Below are positions 28,694-41,248 of a DNA stretch of 64,000 nucleotides, piece by piece. Numbering within the stretch: position 1 is the first letter of the stretch; the number at the start of each line of letters is the position of its first letter. Position numbers and translations under genes: made by a program. The notes below the pieces were generated by a model. The model was not told the origin of the DNA. It saw only the letters and a program-made list of their open reading frames with translations, and made no database searches. Origin of the DNA: a virus; the IMG/VR virus record IMGVR_UViG_3300023179_000039, positions 45,660 through 109,659 of that record; one strand, written 5' to 3'.

Positions 28694-29176
28694 GTGGCAA
28701 CGATAAAAGTACAATCTCTTGCAGAGCCTAAGAAAGCATCAAGTAATTTTACATATACAGACCTTATGCTTGATCTTAAAGTAGATTATACGCAGAATAA
28801 TGAATTTTTAAAGAATAAAGAAATTAAAGACCTTAAGATTGATTATGACTATGCAGCAGTTCGTAATTCTATCTTTAATTTGTTTAATACTATACCCGGA
28901 CAACGAATTTTAAATCCTTATTATGGGCTAAATTTACAAAAATACTTATTTTATGTTGCCGACGAAATAAGAGCTCGTCTTATTGGCAATGAAATATTAA
29001 ACGGAATATCTACATTTGAACCTAGAATAAAAATTAATAATATTGACGTTGCTGTTGACACATTAAATCAACAATATGTAATTACTTTAATAGTTTCTAT
29101 AGTTTCTATCGACCCTACCACTGGTTTTAAATTCGTAGGATTATTAAGTAATTCAGGATTTAACTTTGTAAAATAA
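28694..29176 (+). CDS. gp25: Baseplate wedge protein (gp25-like)
   Basis: AVRNSIFNLFNTIPGQRILNP.YG.NL..YLF...FEPRI. Confidence 0.9.
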   Translation: MATIKVQSLAEPKKASSNFTYTDLMLDLKVDYTQNNEFLKNKEIKDLKIDYDYAAVRNSIFNLFNTIPGQRILNPYYGLNLQKYLFYVADEIRARLIGNEILNGISTFEPRIKINNIDVAVDTLNQQYVITLIVSIVSIDPTTGFKFVGLLSNSGFNFVK

Positions 29177-29177
29177 T

Positions 29178-31031
29178 ATGGCAACATTTAACGATTTTAA
29201 TTTATCAAAAGACGGGTATGTAGCGTTCGATGCATTGAGTTTAAAAAGCTTAATTACCACCAGACTTAATACAAATAATGTTTTTACAGATCAGAATTTT
29301 GAAGGTAGTAATATTTCTTCCATTATTGATATTATTGCTTATGCATATCATGTTTTAATTTTTTATCTTAATAGATCTGCAGCAGAAAGTACTTTTACTA
29401 CAGCTGAGCTTTACGAAAATATCAATAAAATAGTAAAAATTTTAAATTATAATCCTATCGGCTATCAAACATCTATTTTATCATTTTTAGCAACAGCTCA
29501 ATCATCTCTACCTGCATCTACTTACACTATTCCTAGATATTCCTACTTTACTATCAACGGTTCGCAGTTTTCATTTAATCAAGACATTACTTTCTCTAAA
29601 AACACTAATGCAACAGAAACTTTAACAAATTTACAGGAAAGCAATCTCTTATATCAAGGTGCCTATACAGAATATCCTACATATGTTGCTACTGGAGAGC
29701 CTTTTGAAGTCGTTACCATGACTCTTGTAGATACCAATAATCAGAATATTTTAATCGATCATTTTAATATGGATGTATACGTGAAAGACAATACTGTTGT
29801 CACACCAGTTTGGGAAAAATGGGAACCATCGCAGTCATTGTTCTTAGAAAGATCAAATTCTAAAGTATATGAAGTAAGACTTAATGAAAATGGAAGATAT
29901 GAATATAAATTTGGTAATAATGTTACAGGTAAAAAACTTAATGCAGGTGATGAAGTAGCTATTTATTATTTAAAATCTAGTGGTAAAAAAGGAGAGGTAG
30001 GTACAGGTCTTCTTAACAATAGTAAGCTCTTCTTCTACAGTACACAAAGATTTACGCAGATTCAAAATGATACTACACCCTCAAATATAACATTAATTAA
30101 CTCTGCACAAGCTAGTAAGATCAATTTCAATAATATAGATGCATCCACTCCGTTTGTAGACAGAGAATCCGTTTCTAGTATTAAATTAAACTCTCTTAAT
30201 ACATTTAGAAGTCAGTATAGATTAATTACCGGTGAAGATTTTACCAATTATGTGCTTAAAAATTATAGCAATATTATTTCTTCTTCAGTAGCCGTTAACA
30301 ACTGGGATTATATTACTGGACATTTAAAGTATTATTTTGATCTAGGTGTAGATAAGCCTAATTATGAAAGCAGAGTACTCTTTAACCAAGTCAAATTTGC
30401 AGATTCGTGTAACTTTAATAACGTTTATGTTTATGCTGTACCTAAACTAGAAAAACTTACATCCCTTACAACTAGAACCAATTACTTAAATTCTGCTCAA
30501 AAGCAATTAGTGTTAAACGACTTACAAAAAGTCAAACTTACTACAGCTGAAATTATAATAAACGACCCTGTTTATGTTGCTATTGATATTGGCGTTAGAT
30601 ATCCCGGTGAACTTTTAACCCCTTCAATTGCTGATAATACATTTTTAGAAATTGAAAGAGAAGTTACTGCCAAACGCAACCCTGAAGCTATTAAGCAGCA
30701 AATTTCTCAAATATTTTCTGATTATTTTTCAACTCTTAAAGATAATTTAGGATTGCAAATAAGCCTTACAGAAATTACAAATAAAATATTAGCCATTGAC
30801 GGGGTAAAAGACATTAGAACAAAGAGAACAGAAGGAGATCAAACTATTACTGTACCTGGCATTAGCTTATTAATCTATAATCCTGTATATCCAGAGACAG
30901 ACATTAAAATTACTACACAGGACGAAAAATTACCATACTTTAAATATCCATTTTTAAATAATCCTCTTGATTTTCAAGCAAAAATCAATGTCGTAACACC
31001 ATCTATACAGACATTACAACGTGAGTTTTAA
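29178..31031 (+). CDS. gp6: Baseplate wedge protein (gp6-like)
   Basis: FTDQNFEGSNIS.IIDIIAY; FGNNVTGKK; QYRLITGEDF. Confidence 0.88.
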   Translation: MATFNDFNLSKDGYVAFDALSLKSLITTRLNTNNVFTDQNFEGSNISSIIDIIAYAYHVLIFYLNRSAAESTFTTAELYENINKIVKILNYNPIGYQTSILSFLATAQSSLPASTYTIPRYSYFTINGSQFSFNQDITFSKNTNATETLTNLQESNLLYQGAYTEYPTYVATGEPFEVVTMTLVDTNNQNILIDHFNMDVYVKDNTVVTPVWEKWEPSQSLFLERSNSKVYEVRLNENGRYEYKFGNNVTGKKLNAGDEVAIYYLKSSGKKGEVGTGLLNNSKLFFYSTQRFTQIQNDTTPSNITLINSAQASKINFNNIDASTPFVDRESVSSIKLNSLNTFRSQYRLITGEDFTNYVLKNYSNIISSSVAVNNWDYITGHLKYYFDLGVDKPNYESRVLFNQVKFADSCNFNNVYVYAVPKLEKLTSLTTRTNYLNSAQKQLVLNDLQKVKLTTAEIIINDPVYVAIDIGVRYPGELLTPSIADNTFLEIEREVTAKRNPEAIKQQISQIFSDYFSTLKDNLGLQISLTEITNKILAIDGVKDIRTKRTEGDQTITVPGISLLIYNPVYPETDIKITTQDEKLPYFKYPFLNNPLDFQAKINVVTPSIQTLQREF

Positions 31032-31033
31032 TA

Positions 31034-34000
31034 ATGGCTAATTCAGTCAATTATACTTACGTATATTTTAATATAGTAGGCTTTACCGGGACAAATACTC
31101 TATCCACATTTACACTTTCTAACACCCCTTTAACATTTTATCCTGATTTTACTACATCACCTACGTTAACATCAACCGATAATATTTCTAACAAAATTAT
31201 TAGGTGGGATTTTGGTGATGGTAATTTTTCTAACTCTCTAACTGCAGTTCATCATTATAAATGGCCGGGTAAATATAATGTTAGGTTGACTATTTACGAC
31301 AAGCAAGGTAATAGTTTTGATAGTTCATTTAGACCTGTAGTTAATGTTTATGATTATGTTTATGATCAATTACAGTTTCAAGATTATTTTAAATTTATTT
31401 ATGATGTACCTGCTAGCAAAATACAAGACCCAATTATTATTCAAAGACAAAATAGCTGGCAATCATACAATGCATTAAGTGCTACAGGCTACACTACCTT
31501 TTTATATGCTTCTGGTGCAAACGGCCAATATCAAAACATTTTTAATTTTTATGATGATAAGTGGTCGCATTTAAGAGCATTGAGTAGATTTTATGAAAAG
31601 GTTAAAATAGGAACATCTTACGAGTTTAAATCCGTCGATCGCGTTACAACATCAAATGAAGAAATATATGTAAAAATACAAAACAAACAACTCGTTCAAT
31701 GTAAACAAACTGATTCCGGTGCCGTATTAGCAGGTACAAAAGGATCTGCTAGCTTTTATTATGTGGATGATGTAGCTAAAAATTATACGTCACGTGAACC
31801 ACCTATCTTCTTATTTGCCACTCTCGATGCATCTAAGATGCAAGACGAGTATACAATTAACCATGATACTTTTAATTATATAAACTACCCTCCTTACAGT
31901 TTTCAAAATTTAAAACCTGCAGTTCTACCTATTATTAAAGTAAGACATAACGATGCAGTAAAGCTATCAGTTACTACTACAGGTATTGATGGTGAAGGCA
32001 ATCTTTCCGCAACAAATTTTAATATACCCGAGATAAGCTGGCAAAAAACAGAAATACCTTTTGTAATAAGATTAAAAGATAAGGATTATTATACCACTAA
32101 AACATATCCTCCTCTTTCTTCCTCTACAATACATACAAATATAAGCTATCTTACCGCTTACGATGTAAATTTTGGTATAATATCTAAAACAGATACCGGA
32201 TTTAAAGAAGTTACCGGTGTTAGTTTTTATGAAGACTTTACTGATGATGCACCACAAAGCATAGGAGCATTTTATAAAGGCTATTTTGTTGCACCTGAAG
32301 TAACATATAACTGTATATTAACTGCATCGGTAAATATTGTTGATCCATTAAACTTTCCTAAAGATTCATTAATAGGTTGGATAGCTATACCACAATATAA
32401 TAAACTAATAAGATTTTTTAGACAGCAAATTTATAGTAACTGTCCAGGCTATCTAGTAGTTAATATTTCTGCATCACAACAGTTTTTTAATTCTTATGAA
32501 AACAGAAATGTTTACGCCATACAAGTAGCGCCCTCTGGCAATGGACCTGGTCGTGATTATGAAACTTGGTTTGCTGACGGTACGCGCAATACTATTTTTA
32601 AATTCGACGCTTACGGTAACCAGATACTTAATATTGACCTTACTAACGCCCCGGTATTGACTGCTGTCGGGGAAATGGGATATTTAAACTTATGCTCTCC
32701 AGTTTTAAGTAGTGCAGGACCCGGAAGTATTACTCTTGATAGATACAACGACGTCTGGGTTGCGTTGTTTGATTCCGTTTCTTGTATAAAAATAGATTCA
32801 GTTGGCGGCTATATTAAATCTACAGCAGTACCTCCCTATCAAAATTTAGTTTACTCCTTAAGTTCTGATTATAATATACCAGAATTACAGGGATTTGCTG
32901 GAGAAAATATACTTTTACCTTCTTCAGTAGATACAGATAGAGATAATAATTTATGGGTTTCATATACACACCCTGTTTCAAACTTTATTATAAAATATAA
33001 TAGTGTGGGTGAACATTTACTAACTGTTCCTATGCCACCCTTACATTCACCGGTAGAAATATGTATTGATAGAAATAGATTTGTATGGGTAACAACATAT
33101 AATCTAGATACATTTGCGCTAGATTTGACTGCTAAAAATGATTATCTTTATAAGTTTAATACTGACGGTACTATTGTGCCGGGATATCCTTTAGACGGGT
33201 TTAGGTTAATTGGAAATATTACTGTAGACGGTAATCAAGATGCTTGGGTAGCGCACGATAAGGATACTATAACAAAAATTGATGGTAAATTTAATACCAA
33301 AACAGACTTTATTGCAGGTTCAGGTAATTCTACAAATTATATAGAAAGTATCGGAGGCATAGCTGTTGATACGAGTAATTATTTGTGGGTAATAAACAAT
33401 TTTAATAATAGATTATATTTTATCGATACGCTTAGACCTCCTGTTTCTTCTCTGGAAAATCTTGATTATGTAGACATTTCATACCCAGTAACTAGTATTG
33501 AAAATAATCGTCCCGAATTTGAAGATATACAAATACAAGCTTATGGTGATTGGCTAGGTAGTAGATGGATCAACAAACATATGTTAGAAGAAACAACTAG
33601 CCGTACAATTACAGGTGAATCAACATTGTTTAATGTCTATCCCCTTTCAGGTGTTTATAACTTGTTTAAAGTTAACGAAGATTTTGATGCCGAAAGCTTT
33701 TACAAATCATTAATCTTTACAGAAAACTTACAGGATAAGAAAGTATTTTTTGAAGACTTTTTAGGCACTATTGTCGGTAAAAAGAACGCAATGCCATACG
33801 AGTTAGGTAAAACGGTTTACGAAAAAATTGCTAATTATGTAAGTAATGTTTCAGATATAGATACGGTAAACCTAGATCAGCTTCTTTCGTTTTGTGATGA
33901 ACTATCAATTCAATTTGAACAATACAACTACCCGTTTCCTCCTCAGCTCTTAAGATTAGTAAACATACTTTCAATTAAACATAAAAAATTATGGGGCGAG

Positions 34001-34471
34001 CAAAACAAATATGATATTTTATTTAAAAATAAAAATACGTCTAATTTAACAGAAATTTCAACTCTAACTAGCTCTATTTCTTGCGGTTATCCGGTCGTTG
34101 CAAGAGAGCTATTTTCCGACATTTACAGCGTAGTCAATCAAAATATTATTAATGATTATCCTTTTGGTTATGTTTTACCCCTATCTGATTTTAATTCTGA
34201 GTGGGGATGGGGATTAGTAGCGCCTAATGCAGTGTCGGGCTTAAAAATTTCAGATTATTATAGGTTTTACGAGTATAACCCCTTATATGACAATAAATTT
34301 TATAATAATATTATAGACTGGAGCAACCCTAACAATACATTATCGTTTACGAATAGTTCTTTTAAAGCTTGGAACGATGATAACGGTATAATGCAAAATA
34401 TGCTAAGCTATGAGCTTACTAAAGGATTAAGATTATTCTTAAGCGCTAGCGACATAGTATACAACAATTAA
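31034..34471 (+). CDS. Large baseplate-associated protein with PKD domain and beta-propeller repeats (gp7 position)
   Basis: WDFGDG...HHY.WPGKYNV.LT PKD motif; repeated D..N.VWV propeller blades. Confidence 0.65.
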   Translation: MANSVNYTYVYFNIVGFTGTNTLSTFTLSNTPLTFYPDFTTSPTLTSTDNISNKIIRWDFGDGNFSNSLTAVHHYKWPGKYNVRLTIYDKQGNSFDSSFRPVVNVYDYVYDQLQFQDYFKFIYDVPASKIQDPIIIQRQNSWQSYNALSATGYTTFLYASGANGQYQNIFNFYDDKWSHLRALSRFYEKVKIGTSYEFKSVDRVTTSNEEIYVKIQNKQLVQCKQTDSGAVLAGTKGSASFYYVDDVAKNYTSREPPIFLFATLDASKMQDEYTINHDTFNYINYPPYSFQNLKPAVLPIIKVRHNDAVKLSVTTTGIDGEGNLSATNFNIPEISWQKTEIPFVIRLKDKDYYTTKTYPPLSSSTIHTNISYLTAYDVNFGIISKTDTGFKEVTGVSFYEDFTDDAPQSIGAFYKGYFVAPEVTYNCILTASVNIVDPLNFPKDSLIGWIAIPQYNKLIRFFRQQIYSNCPGYLVVNISASQQFFNSYENRNVYAIQVAPSGNGPGRDYETWFADGTRNTIFKFDAYGNQILNIDLTNAPVLTAVGEMGYLNLCSPVLSSAGPGSITLDRYNDVWVALFDSVSCIKIDSVGGYIKSTAVPPYQNLVYSLSSDYNIPELQGFAGENILLPSSVDTDRDNNLWVSYTHPVSNFIIKYNSVGEHLLTVPMPPLHSPVEICIDRNRFVWVTTYNLDTFALDLTAKNDYLYKFNTDGTIVPGYPLDGFRLIGNITVDGNQDAWVAHDKDTITKIDGKFNTKTDFIAGSGNSTNYIESIGGIAVDTSNYLWVINNFNNRLYFIDTLRPPVSSLENLDYVDISYPVTSIENNRPEFEDIQIQAYGDWLGSRWINKHMLEETTSRTITGESTLFNVYPLSGVYNLFKVNEDFDAESFYKSLIFTENLQDKKVFFEDFLGTIVGKKNAMPYELGKTVYEKIANYVSNVSDIDTVNLDQLLSFCDELSIQFEQYNYPFPPQLLRLVNILSIKHKKLWGEQNKYDILFKNKNTSNLTEISTLTSSISCGYPVVARELFSDIYSVVNQNIINDYPFGYVLPLSDFNSEWGWGLVAPNAVSGLKISDYYRFYEYNPLYDNKFYNNIIDWSNPNNTLSFTNSSFKAWNDDNGIMQNMLSYELTKGLRLFLSASDIVYNN

Positions 34472-34479
34472 ATACTTAA

Positions 34480-37400
34480 ATGCTTGGTAAAAACAGATTT
34501 ATTGACGAAAAGCTGTCTGTTTCTATTACATCATTAGTAAGACCAGATAACCCAGTAGATAGCATTTCACCCTTGTCATTTCAAGACTGGTTAAAATATA
34601 ATAACGCTCTTTTTACTAATGCAGAGGATTTTTTATATAGATATCAATCTTATCTTAATAATTGGTATGAAGTTAAAAATTTACAAAAACCGGTACGCGA
34701 AAGCATTACTAAATCACTTTATACTCTTTTAATTAATGAAATTGTATTATCTTTTACCACTTCTGATGAAAAGAGATTTTTAAAGAATATTGATTTTAAT
34801 AATAAGCGCGATCTTGCTGTAGCTGTACCATTTTTTGCAAAAAAAATAAAAGATATTTGCATATATTACAGTACATTAAGAGATGACGTAAAAACGTCTA
34901 TAGTAAAATACAACTTAAAAGGCTCGATCTATGGTACTGAAAGCTTAATTTATAATCAAATTTCTAAATCTTTAGAAACAGAAGATTTAACAGAGCTAAT
35001 TTCATCCCTAAGTCTATCTCTTTCAGATATTAGAAATAATATGGTAATAGATATAGAAGAGCTTTTTGATGAATACACAAATTATTATGATATAAGCCCT
35101 AATCTACCCGCATCAGCATACAATGCAACTGATGAAAGAAGTGAATATTTTATTACCAATCAGTATGAAATAGATCCTAAATTATTTTTAAGTTTTGATA
35201 GTTCTATTATAGATGCTATTACAGCATATCCATTTTATCTGGTTGAACTCGGTACAAACAATTTTTTTATTAACTACAATATTATAAATTCTAATAGTTT
35301 AGAGTTTTTAAAAGATAAAGATTACATTAATACGGTTAATACTCAAACAAAAAGTAATTTAAATTTAAATTTAGAACTAGGTGAGATAGTAAAATATATG
35401 GGTAATGATTTTTATTACCTTTCTACTAATTCTACAGGCACTGAATATTTAACTGGAAGGCTTTTTTCTGCAGAAAGCGCATTTGCAAATTATTTGAATA
35501 AAAGATATCCATCTGTTGCAGCTATTCCTTCAAATACCTTTACAAGATCAGCAAAAGAAATAGGTTTATTTTTTAAGCCCGATAAAATAGGGCTTTCTAA
35601 TTTTTATAGCTTTGGCACCTCTTTAACTGTTAATAAATTAAGGCTTAGCGCAGATACTGTTTATGTTTTTCCTGATCCTAACCAATTTGGTAACATTTCT
35701 GGGCTTTCAAAAGAAGAGTTCGACAATCCAATAATTTATAATGATTTATCTTATTTTATAAAAACAGATTTTTCTAATCAATATAAATTTGGCGATCCTG
35801 TTAGCAGCCCGTATTTTCAAACTTTTAGAGCTTATCAGACTAGAGAGCAGTCTTTAAACTATTCTCTTCAAGGGTTGTCGCGTTATACAGACCCACAAGA
35901 CTTTTTTAATGGATATGAAAAAAATGTTTGGTCAAATAAAGATATTTTTCCTATTGTACCGCAGAACGTTTTTCCAATCGACTCTAGAGTTGAAAAGCTC
36001 TACTCTTTAAACAAAACTGCAACACAATTTAAAACAGATATTTACGGTAATGATTATTTTCTTTATAAAGATGTACATCCTAGTAAAAATCTTTCAAACA
36101 CTCCTGTAGATAACAGTGATAAAAAAATTTATTATGCTCTTACTATCGACGGTCATGTATTCTTTGATCCTGTTTCCGGGTTTAATTTTGATTATACGCT
36201 ATATAACCCATTAAAAAACTATACAGGCATATTACTCAAAACAACAACCAATATACCGCCTGGCTCAGGATGGTATAATCAAGGCCCTGACTACTTAACA
36301 CCCACCTCTCTTTCAGCAATATATTATAATAATGGTGCACCTGATTTTAGTCTTGAAGGCGCTTCTGTATCACCAATAGTTTCGTACAGATTTCAACCTG
36401 AAACGTTTGATTCTAAGAAAGTATTGCCAGAATTTGTTTGTAGTGTTGCTGACGGTGTTACCTTTACATCATCTGGCAGCGGGGACTTACCTGACATAAG
36501 CACAGATGACCCTTCATATAACCCAGAAACAGCAATAGTTTATTATGGCGAACTAATAGATGGTGGAGTTAACCCACAAGGACCAGATTTTAGAGCAAAC
36601 TTTGTATTTCCAGGTATATTTACGTTTACACCGCCATATTCTGCATATAAAAGTCTAGATGGCTTTATTTTTGCATATGAAGGGCTTTCTCCTTGCGGGG
36701 GTGATATTATATTTGCTCCTACTTATACAGAAAAAAGTAACTATTTAAATTATAGAATACCTTTAAGGGATACCAAAGTAATTGAGAGTATTTCAAGCCT
36801 TTCAGCTAAAAGATCTCTTTATCAAACTAACTTTATAGATTACGGGCAAGCCTATTATAGAAATTCCAATTCTTCAATTATAATGCCAGTTTCTTCGGCA
36901 TTAAGTGCGATGTTAATAAAGTATAACAACGACATATACAACGAAATAAATGACAATCTAATTAATTTTGATATTATTTCAGATACTATTATTTTTGAAA
37001 CCGAAAATTATTTTATTGCTGATAAAATTTTATTTGACTACGAAACCAACACAAATATTAGCATTACAAAGAATGATAGTTATATAAAAAGAAGAAATTA
37101 TAAAGATTTAGAAAAGATCTCTACTTTATGGTATAATGAAGATGATAATATTGTACTTGTTTGCAAGACAGTACTTTATCCTGAATTAAGCGCAACAAAT
37201 TACAAAATAATTTATCCGGAAATTTATGTTTTAAATCTTGATAGCCTTGCATTTAATAAAATATATCCTCAAATCGACGACAATCAGCTTGATTTTAATA
37301 AATTAAAAATGTTTTCTTTGTCAGGTACCAGTCTAGAGGTTAATATTATTTCAATAGATAAGCCTTTATTTAACTATAATAATGAAACAGGCCTTTATAC

Positions 37401-37617
37401 CATAACATGGCTAGGTAAAGATATAGCTAATTGTTTTTACATCTATAAAACGTTCTTTAAATACATTAATGGCGTTATAACTAATATTAGTAATTCTATG
37501 TTTAAGCTTTTACCAGATGTTAATGACATTAATTTTAGTAATTCACTGCCAAAATACTCGTCAATTAATATTTCAGGCTCTGCATCATCAATTTTAAACG
37601 GAGCTTATAGTTTTTAA
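34480..37617 (+). CDS. Large structural protein
   Basis: 1045 aa; TAAATA-N5-ATG; baseplate cluster. Confidence 0.6.
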   Translation: MLGKNRFIDEKLSVSITSLVRPDNPVDSISPLSFQDWLKYNNALFTNAEDFLYRYQSYLNNWYEVKNLQKPVRESITKSLYTLLINEIVLSFTTSDEKRFLKNIDFNNKRDLAVAVPFFAKKIKDICIYYSTLRDDVKTSIVKYNLKGSIYGTESLIYNQISKSLETEDLTELISSLSLSLSDIRNNMVIDIEELFDEYTNYYDISPNLPASAYNATDERSEYFITNQYEIDPKLFLSFDSSIIDAITAYPFYLVELGTNNFFINYNIINSNSLEFLKDKDYINTVNTQTKSNLNLNLELGEIVKYMGNDFYYLSTNSTGTEYLTGRLFSAESAFANYLNKRYPSVAAIPSNTFTRSAKEIGLFFKPDKIGLSNFYSFGTSLTVNKLRLSADTVYVFPDPNQFGNISGLSKEEFDNPIIYNDLSYFIKTDFSNQYKFGDPVSSPYFQTFRAYQTREQSLNYSLQGLSRYTDPQDFFNGYEKNVWSNKDIFPIVPQNVFPIDSRVEKLYSLNKTATQFKTDIYGNDYFLYKDVHPSKNLSNTPVDNSDKKIYYALTIDGHVFFDPVSGFNFDYTLYNPLKNYTGILLKTTTNIPPGSGWYNQGPDYLTPTSLSAIYYNNGAPDFSLEGASVSPIVSYRFQPETFDSKKVLPEFVCSVADGVTFTSSGSGDLPDISTDDPSYNPETAIVYYGELIDGGVNPQGPDFRANFVFPGIFTFTPPYSAYKSLDGFIFAYEGLSPCGGDIIFAPTYTEKSNYLNYRIPLRDTKVIESISSLSAKRSLYQTNFIDYGQAYYRNSNSSIIMPVSSALSAMLIKYNNDIYNEINDNLINFDIISDTIIFETENYFIADKILFDYETNTNISITKNDSYIKRRNYKDLEKISTLWYNEDDNIVLVCKTVLYPELSATNYKIIYPEIYVLNLDSLAFNKIYPQIDDNQLDFNKLKMFSLSGTSLEVNIISIDKPLFNYNNETGLYTITWLGKDIANCFYIYKTFFKYINGVITNISNSMFKLLPDVNDINFSNSLPKYSSINISGSASSILNGAYSF

Positions 37618-37618
37618 T

Positions 37619-39910
37619 ATGGTAACGCTCTATACAATGACAACAGCCGATAGGGCTTCAGTTTTATATGATTTTAAGACTATTGACACGTCAAAAGACA
37701 TAATAGTTTCTTTTGACTATAATAGTTCTGGTATTATTGACAATGTAGGGGAGGGATTTAGTTTATTTTTTACCGAAAGTATAAACAATTTTCCCAAAGG
37801 TGGCGCTCTCGGCCCAGGATTAGGCGCAACAAGCTTGGTTGCTATTTCGAGCTTTTGTTACAGTATACCCATTCCTCCTTTTAATATTTGTGTTAATATT
37901 CCGGTTATGTATTCAGGAGTAAGAGAAGCTGCTTTAGTGGTTGGCTTTGATATTACTGGTAAATTTGGTTCTAATAATAGTGGATTAGATGGTCCCTCCG
38001 ATCCAATACCTAACTCAATAGCTATTAGAAGCGGGTACAATCAAAACTTTAATTTCATTTATAGAACACCCGCATTAACAAGTAACGAGATTGCCGAGCC
38101 TTTTAGTCTTTATAGTAATGATCAAACTACATACAACACATTTAGAGCTAGGCTTACAAACTTAGGAAAAAATTTAATTTTAGATCATAAAATAGCTGAC
38201 GGTACATTTTATAATATCTGTAACGTGCAAATACCTTATGATCTACCTGGATATGTATATCCTTGTATCGGCTATAGTTCAGGAATAAGACCTTTTAATT
38301 TAACAGTTAAAAATTTTTATGAAAACGGATTTTTTGTAACACCTACTAATACACCAACAGTTACACCTACGAATACCGTTACACCAACAGTAACACCTAC
38401 GAATACCGTTACACCAACAGTAACACCTTCATTTACTGTCACACCATCTAATACACCGACTTATTCGCCCACACCGTCTATAACACCTACTAATTCGATG
38501 ACTCCTACTATTACACCGACCTATACAGAGACGCCCACAGAAACACCTACAAATACACCTACATTGACCATTACACCTACTAACTCGATGACGCCTTCTA
38601 TTACTCCTACGTATACAGAAACACCAACAGTGACACCTACAAACTCGATGACACCTTCTATTACACCTACAAACACCGTTACACCGTCCTTTACACCTAC
38701 AAATACACCGACCTTAACGCCTACACCTACGGTAACACCTACAGTTACTCTACCTGACTACTTGCCATTCCCATCACAACAAAATAACATTATTATTAAC
38801 GATAATACAATAGCTACACCTTACCCGGTTACATTTAGTGTAGCTGGAATTACAAGAACAGTTTACAAGGTAGTTGTAAAGCTTACAAATTATACCCATT
38901 CATTTGTAGGTGATGTAGGAATGCTTTTAGTTGCACCAGATGGTACATCTACAATTATTGCTGGTAGAATTGGAGATGATCAACAGGCTAACAATACAAC
39001 AGTTGTGTTAGATCAGCGTGCCTCTAAGGCATGGGATGGATACACATCAGGTACATTTAGACCTAATTCTGTCGCTGATGACTTCCCATTCGATGCACCA
39101 GCGCCTACTGGTCCTTTCTCAACTACATTAGATGCATTCTTCTATATGCCAGCTGTAAATGCAAACGGTACATGGAAACTTTACATACAAGACTTTGCTG
39201 CAGACGATGCTGGTACCATGCAGAGTGCAGAGCTTAGGATATATCAATACTCACCTAATGCGTCGCCAACACCTACACCAACAATTACACCTACCTTTAC
39301 TCCTACACCTACAGTTACACCTACTATACCAATTACACCCACACAAACACCTACACTTACACAAACACCTACTATAACACCTTCTATTACTATTTCGCCT
39401 TCTAATATAGACTATACAGCTTTCCCATCTTCAACAACTAATCTAATTATAAATGACTTGACTGTCGCCACTCCTTATCCTCTAGAGATACCGGTATCAG
39501 GCATAACTAATACAACATCCAGAATTTCTATATCCTTGAGTGGTTATGATCATTCTTATCCAGAAGACGTTGTAATGCTATTAGTATCTCCTGTTAATAC
39601 CGCATGTATCATTTCAGGTAGAATAGGACTACAAGCGGCTAACAACATTAATGTAATACTTGACCAAAGCGCTTCGCTTTATTGGGATGGATATAGCCCA
39701 GGAATGTTTAAGCCTAACACATCTGCAAATAATTTTGACATGAGCTTAACTAATGGATGCCCTACCGGTCCGTACAATACATCTATGGCTGTGTTTAATA
39801 ACTTACCATATCCCGATGTTAACGGAACTTGGAAGCTATACATTCAGGATTTCGCCGCTCAGGATACAGGTACATTGTATAGAGCTATACTAAGGCTTCA
39901 TCATTATTAA
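37619..39910 (+). CDS. L-type lectin-like domain + Thr/Pro linkers + two proprotein-convertase P-like domains
   Basis: [17 protein letters not shown] lectin motifs; two copies of ATPYP...H...D..MLLV.P...[16 protein letters not shown]. Confidence 0.75.
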   Translation: MVTLYTMTTADRASVLYDFKTIDTSKDIIVSFDYNSSGIIDNVGEGFSLFFTESINNFPKGGALGPGLGATSLVAISSFCYSIPIPPFNICVNIPVMYSGVREAALVVGFDITGKFGSNNSGLDGPSDPIPNSIAIRSGYNQNFNFIYRTPALTSNEIAEPFSLYSNDQTTYNTFRARLTNLGKNLILDHKIADGTFYNICNVQIPYDLPGYVYPCIGYSSGIRPFNLTVKNFYENGFFVTPTNTPTVTPTNTVTPTVTPTNTVTPTVTPSFTVTPSNTPTYSPTPSITPTNSMTPTITPTYTETPTETPTNTPTLTITPTNSMTPSITPTYTETPTVTPTNSMTPSITPTNTVTPSFTPTNTPTLTPTPTVTPTVTLPDYLPFPSQQNNIIINDNTIATPYPVTFSVAGITRTVYKVVVKLTNYTHSFVGDVGMLLVAPDGTSTIIAGRIGDDQQANNTTVVLDQRASKAWDGYTSGTFRPNSVADDFPFDAPAPTGPFSTTLDAFFYMPAVNANGTWKLYIQDFAADDAGTMQSAELRIYQYSPNASPTPTPTITPTFTPTPTVTPTIPITPTQTPTLTQTPTITPSITISPSNIDYTAFPSSTTNLIINDLTVATPYPLEIPVSGITNTTSRISISLSGYDHSYPEDVVMLLVSPVNTACIISGRIGLQAANNINVILDQSASLYWDGYSPGMFKPNTSANNFDMSLTNGCPTGPYNTSMAVFNNLPYPDVNGTWKLYIQDFAAQDTGTLYRAILRLHHY
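38338..38748 (+). repeat. Thr/Pro-rich mucin-like coding repeat
   Basis: About 135 codons of TPTxTPT; a second shorter tract lies at about 39262-39400. Confidence 0.9.
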
Positions 39911-39919
39911 TTAATAAGA

Positions 39920-39947
39920 TTGATTTAAACCGATCTTATTATAAAAT
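39920..39947 (+). promoter_or_regulatory. Sigma70-type promoter (glycosylation operon)
   Basis: TTGATT-N16-TAAAAT-N6-GTG. Confidence 0.75.
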
Positions 39948-39953
39948 ATTCTT

Positions 39954-41240
39954 GTGAAGTCAAAGAAAGCTTTAAAAACATCAAGTACCAAAAAGAATAA
40001 TGAAAAAATATTTATATCTATTGCATCCTATAGAGATCCGCAGTTACTACCCACACTGCGCGATTGTATAGCTAACGCTGTACATCCTGAGAATTTAGTT
40101 TTTTCTATTTGCTGGCAAAGAGACGAGAAAGAATCGCTAGAAGAGTTTGCAAAAGACAGCAGATTTAGAATTATAGATATACCTTATAAGGAAAGCAAAG
40201 GGACATGTTGGGCAAGAAGCAAGATACAAGATAATTATCAGAACGAAAAATACTATCTACAATTAGACAGTCATCATAGATTTGTAAAAGACTGGGATAA
40301 AAAGTGTATAGATATGGTTAAACAGTTACAGAAAAAAGGCCATAAGAAACCGCTACTAACAGGCTACATTTCTAGCTTTAATCCGGATAATGACCCCGCT
40401 GAAAGAATACAAACACCATGGAAAATGAATTTTGATAGATTTATTCCTGAAGGTGCTGTATTTTTTCTACCTGCTTCTATAGACGATTTTAAATCAAGAA
40501 CTGAACCAGTACCTTCTAGATTTGTATCTGCACATTTTATTTTTACGCTAGGTAAATGGGTAGAAGAAGTGCCTTATGATCCTCATTACTACTTTCATGG
40601 TGAAGAGATAAACTTAGCAGTTAGATCATATACGTGGGGATATGATTTGTTTCATCCTCATATTTTGATTGCATGGCATGAATATACAAGAAGAGGAAGA
40701 ACTAAGCATTGGGATGATGTAAAAGAATGGGGTGAATTAAACAGACTATCTCATCTTCGTAATAGAAAGTTATTTGAAATGGATGGCGAAAAGAATGATA
40801 TTAAATGGGGTAAATATGGATTTGGTAAGACCAGAACATTACAAGACTATGAAAAATATTCAGGTCTATGTTTTAAGAGGAGAGCTGTACAGCGTTGGAC
40901 GTTAGATAACAATTATCCACCTAATCCTAATCAAGCTATGACAAAGGATGAATATGAAAAATCGTTCTTAAAAATATTTAAACATTGTATTGATATAGGA
41001 TATGACAGAGTTCCAGAAAAAGATTATGATTTTTGGTGTGTAGCCTTTAAAGATAAAGAAGGTAAAGATGTGTTTCGTAAAGATGCTGATCGCGCTGAAA
41101 TAGATAGAATGTTTGCTGATCCTGACAAATATTGTAAGGTTTGGAGAGAATTTAATTGTGAGGAGATGCCTACCAGCTGGATTGTTTGGCCACATAGCGT
41201 TTCTAAGGGATGGGCAGATCCAATTACTGGTAATATCTAA
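39954..41240 (+). CDS. GT60-family (Gnt1/Skp1-type, GlcNAc) peptide O-HexNAc transferase
   Basis: IFISIASYRD, G.CWAR, LQLDSH.RF...WD, VPYDP..YF.GEE..LA.R.YT.G.D.F.P, WH.Y, RTL.DY. Confidence 0.85.
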   Translation: MKSKKALKTSSTKKNNEKIFISIASYRDPQLLPTLRDCIANAVHPENLVFSICWQRDEKESLEEFAKDSRFRIIDIPYKESKGTCWARSKIQDNYQNEKYYLQLDSHHRFVKDWDKKCIDMVKQLQKKGHKKPLLTGYISSFNPDNDPAERIQTPWKMNFDRFIPEGAVFFLPASIDDFKSRTEPVPSRFVSAHFIFTLGKWVEEVPYDPHYYFHGEEINLAVRSYTWGYDLFHPHILIAWHEYTRRGRTKHWDDVKEWGELNRLSHLRNRKLFEMDGEKNDIKWGKYGFGKTRTLQDYEKYSGLCFKRRAVQRWTLDNNYPPNPNQAMTKDEYEKSFLKIFKHCIDIGYDRVPEKDYDFWCVAFKDKEGKDVFRKDADRAEIDRMFADPDKYCKVWREFNCEEMPTSWIVWPHSVSKGWADPITGNI

Positions 41241-41248
41241 GTCTCTAT

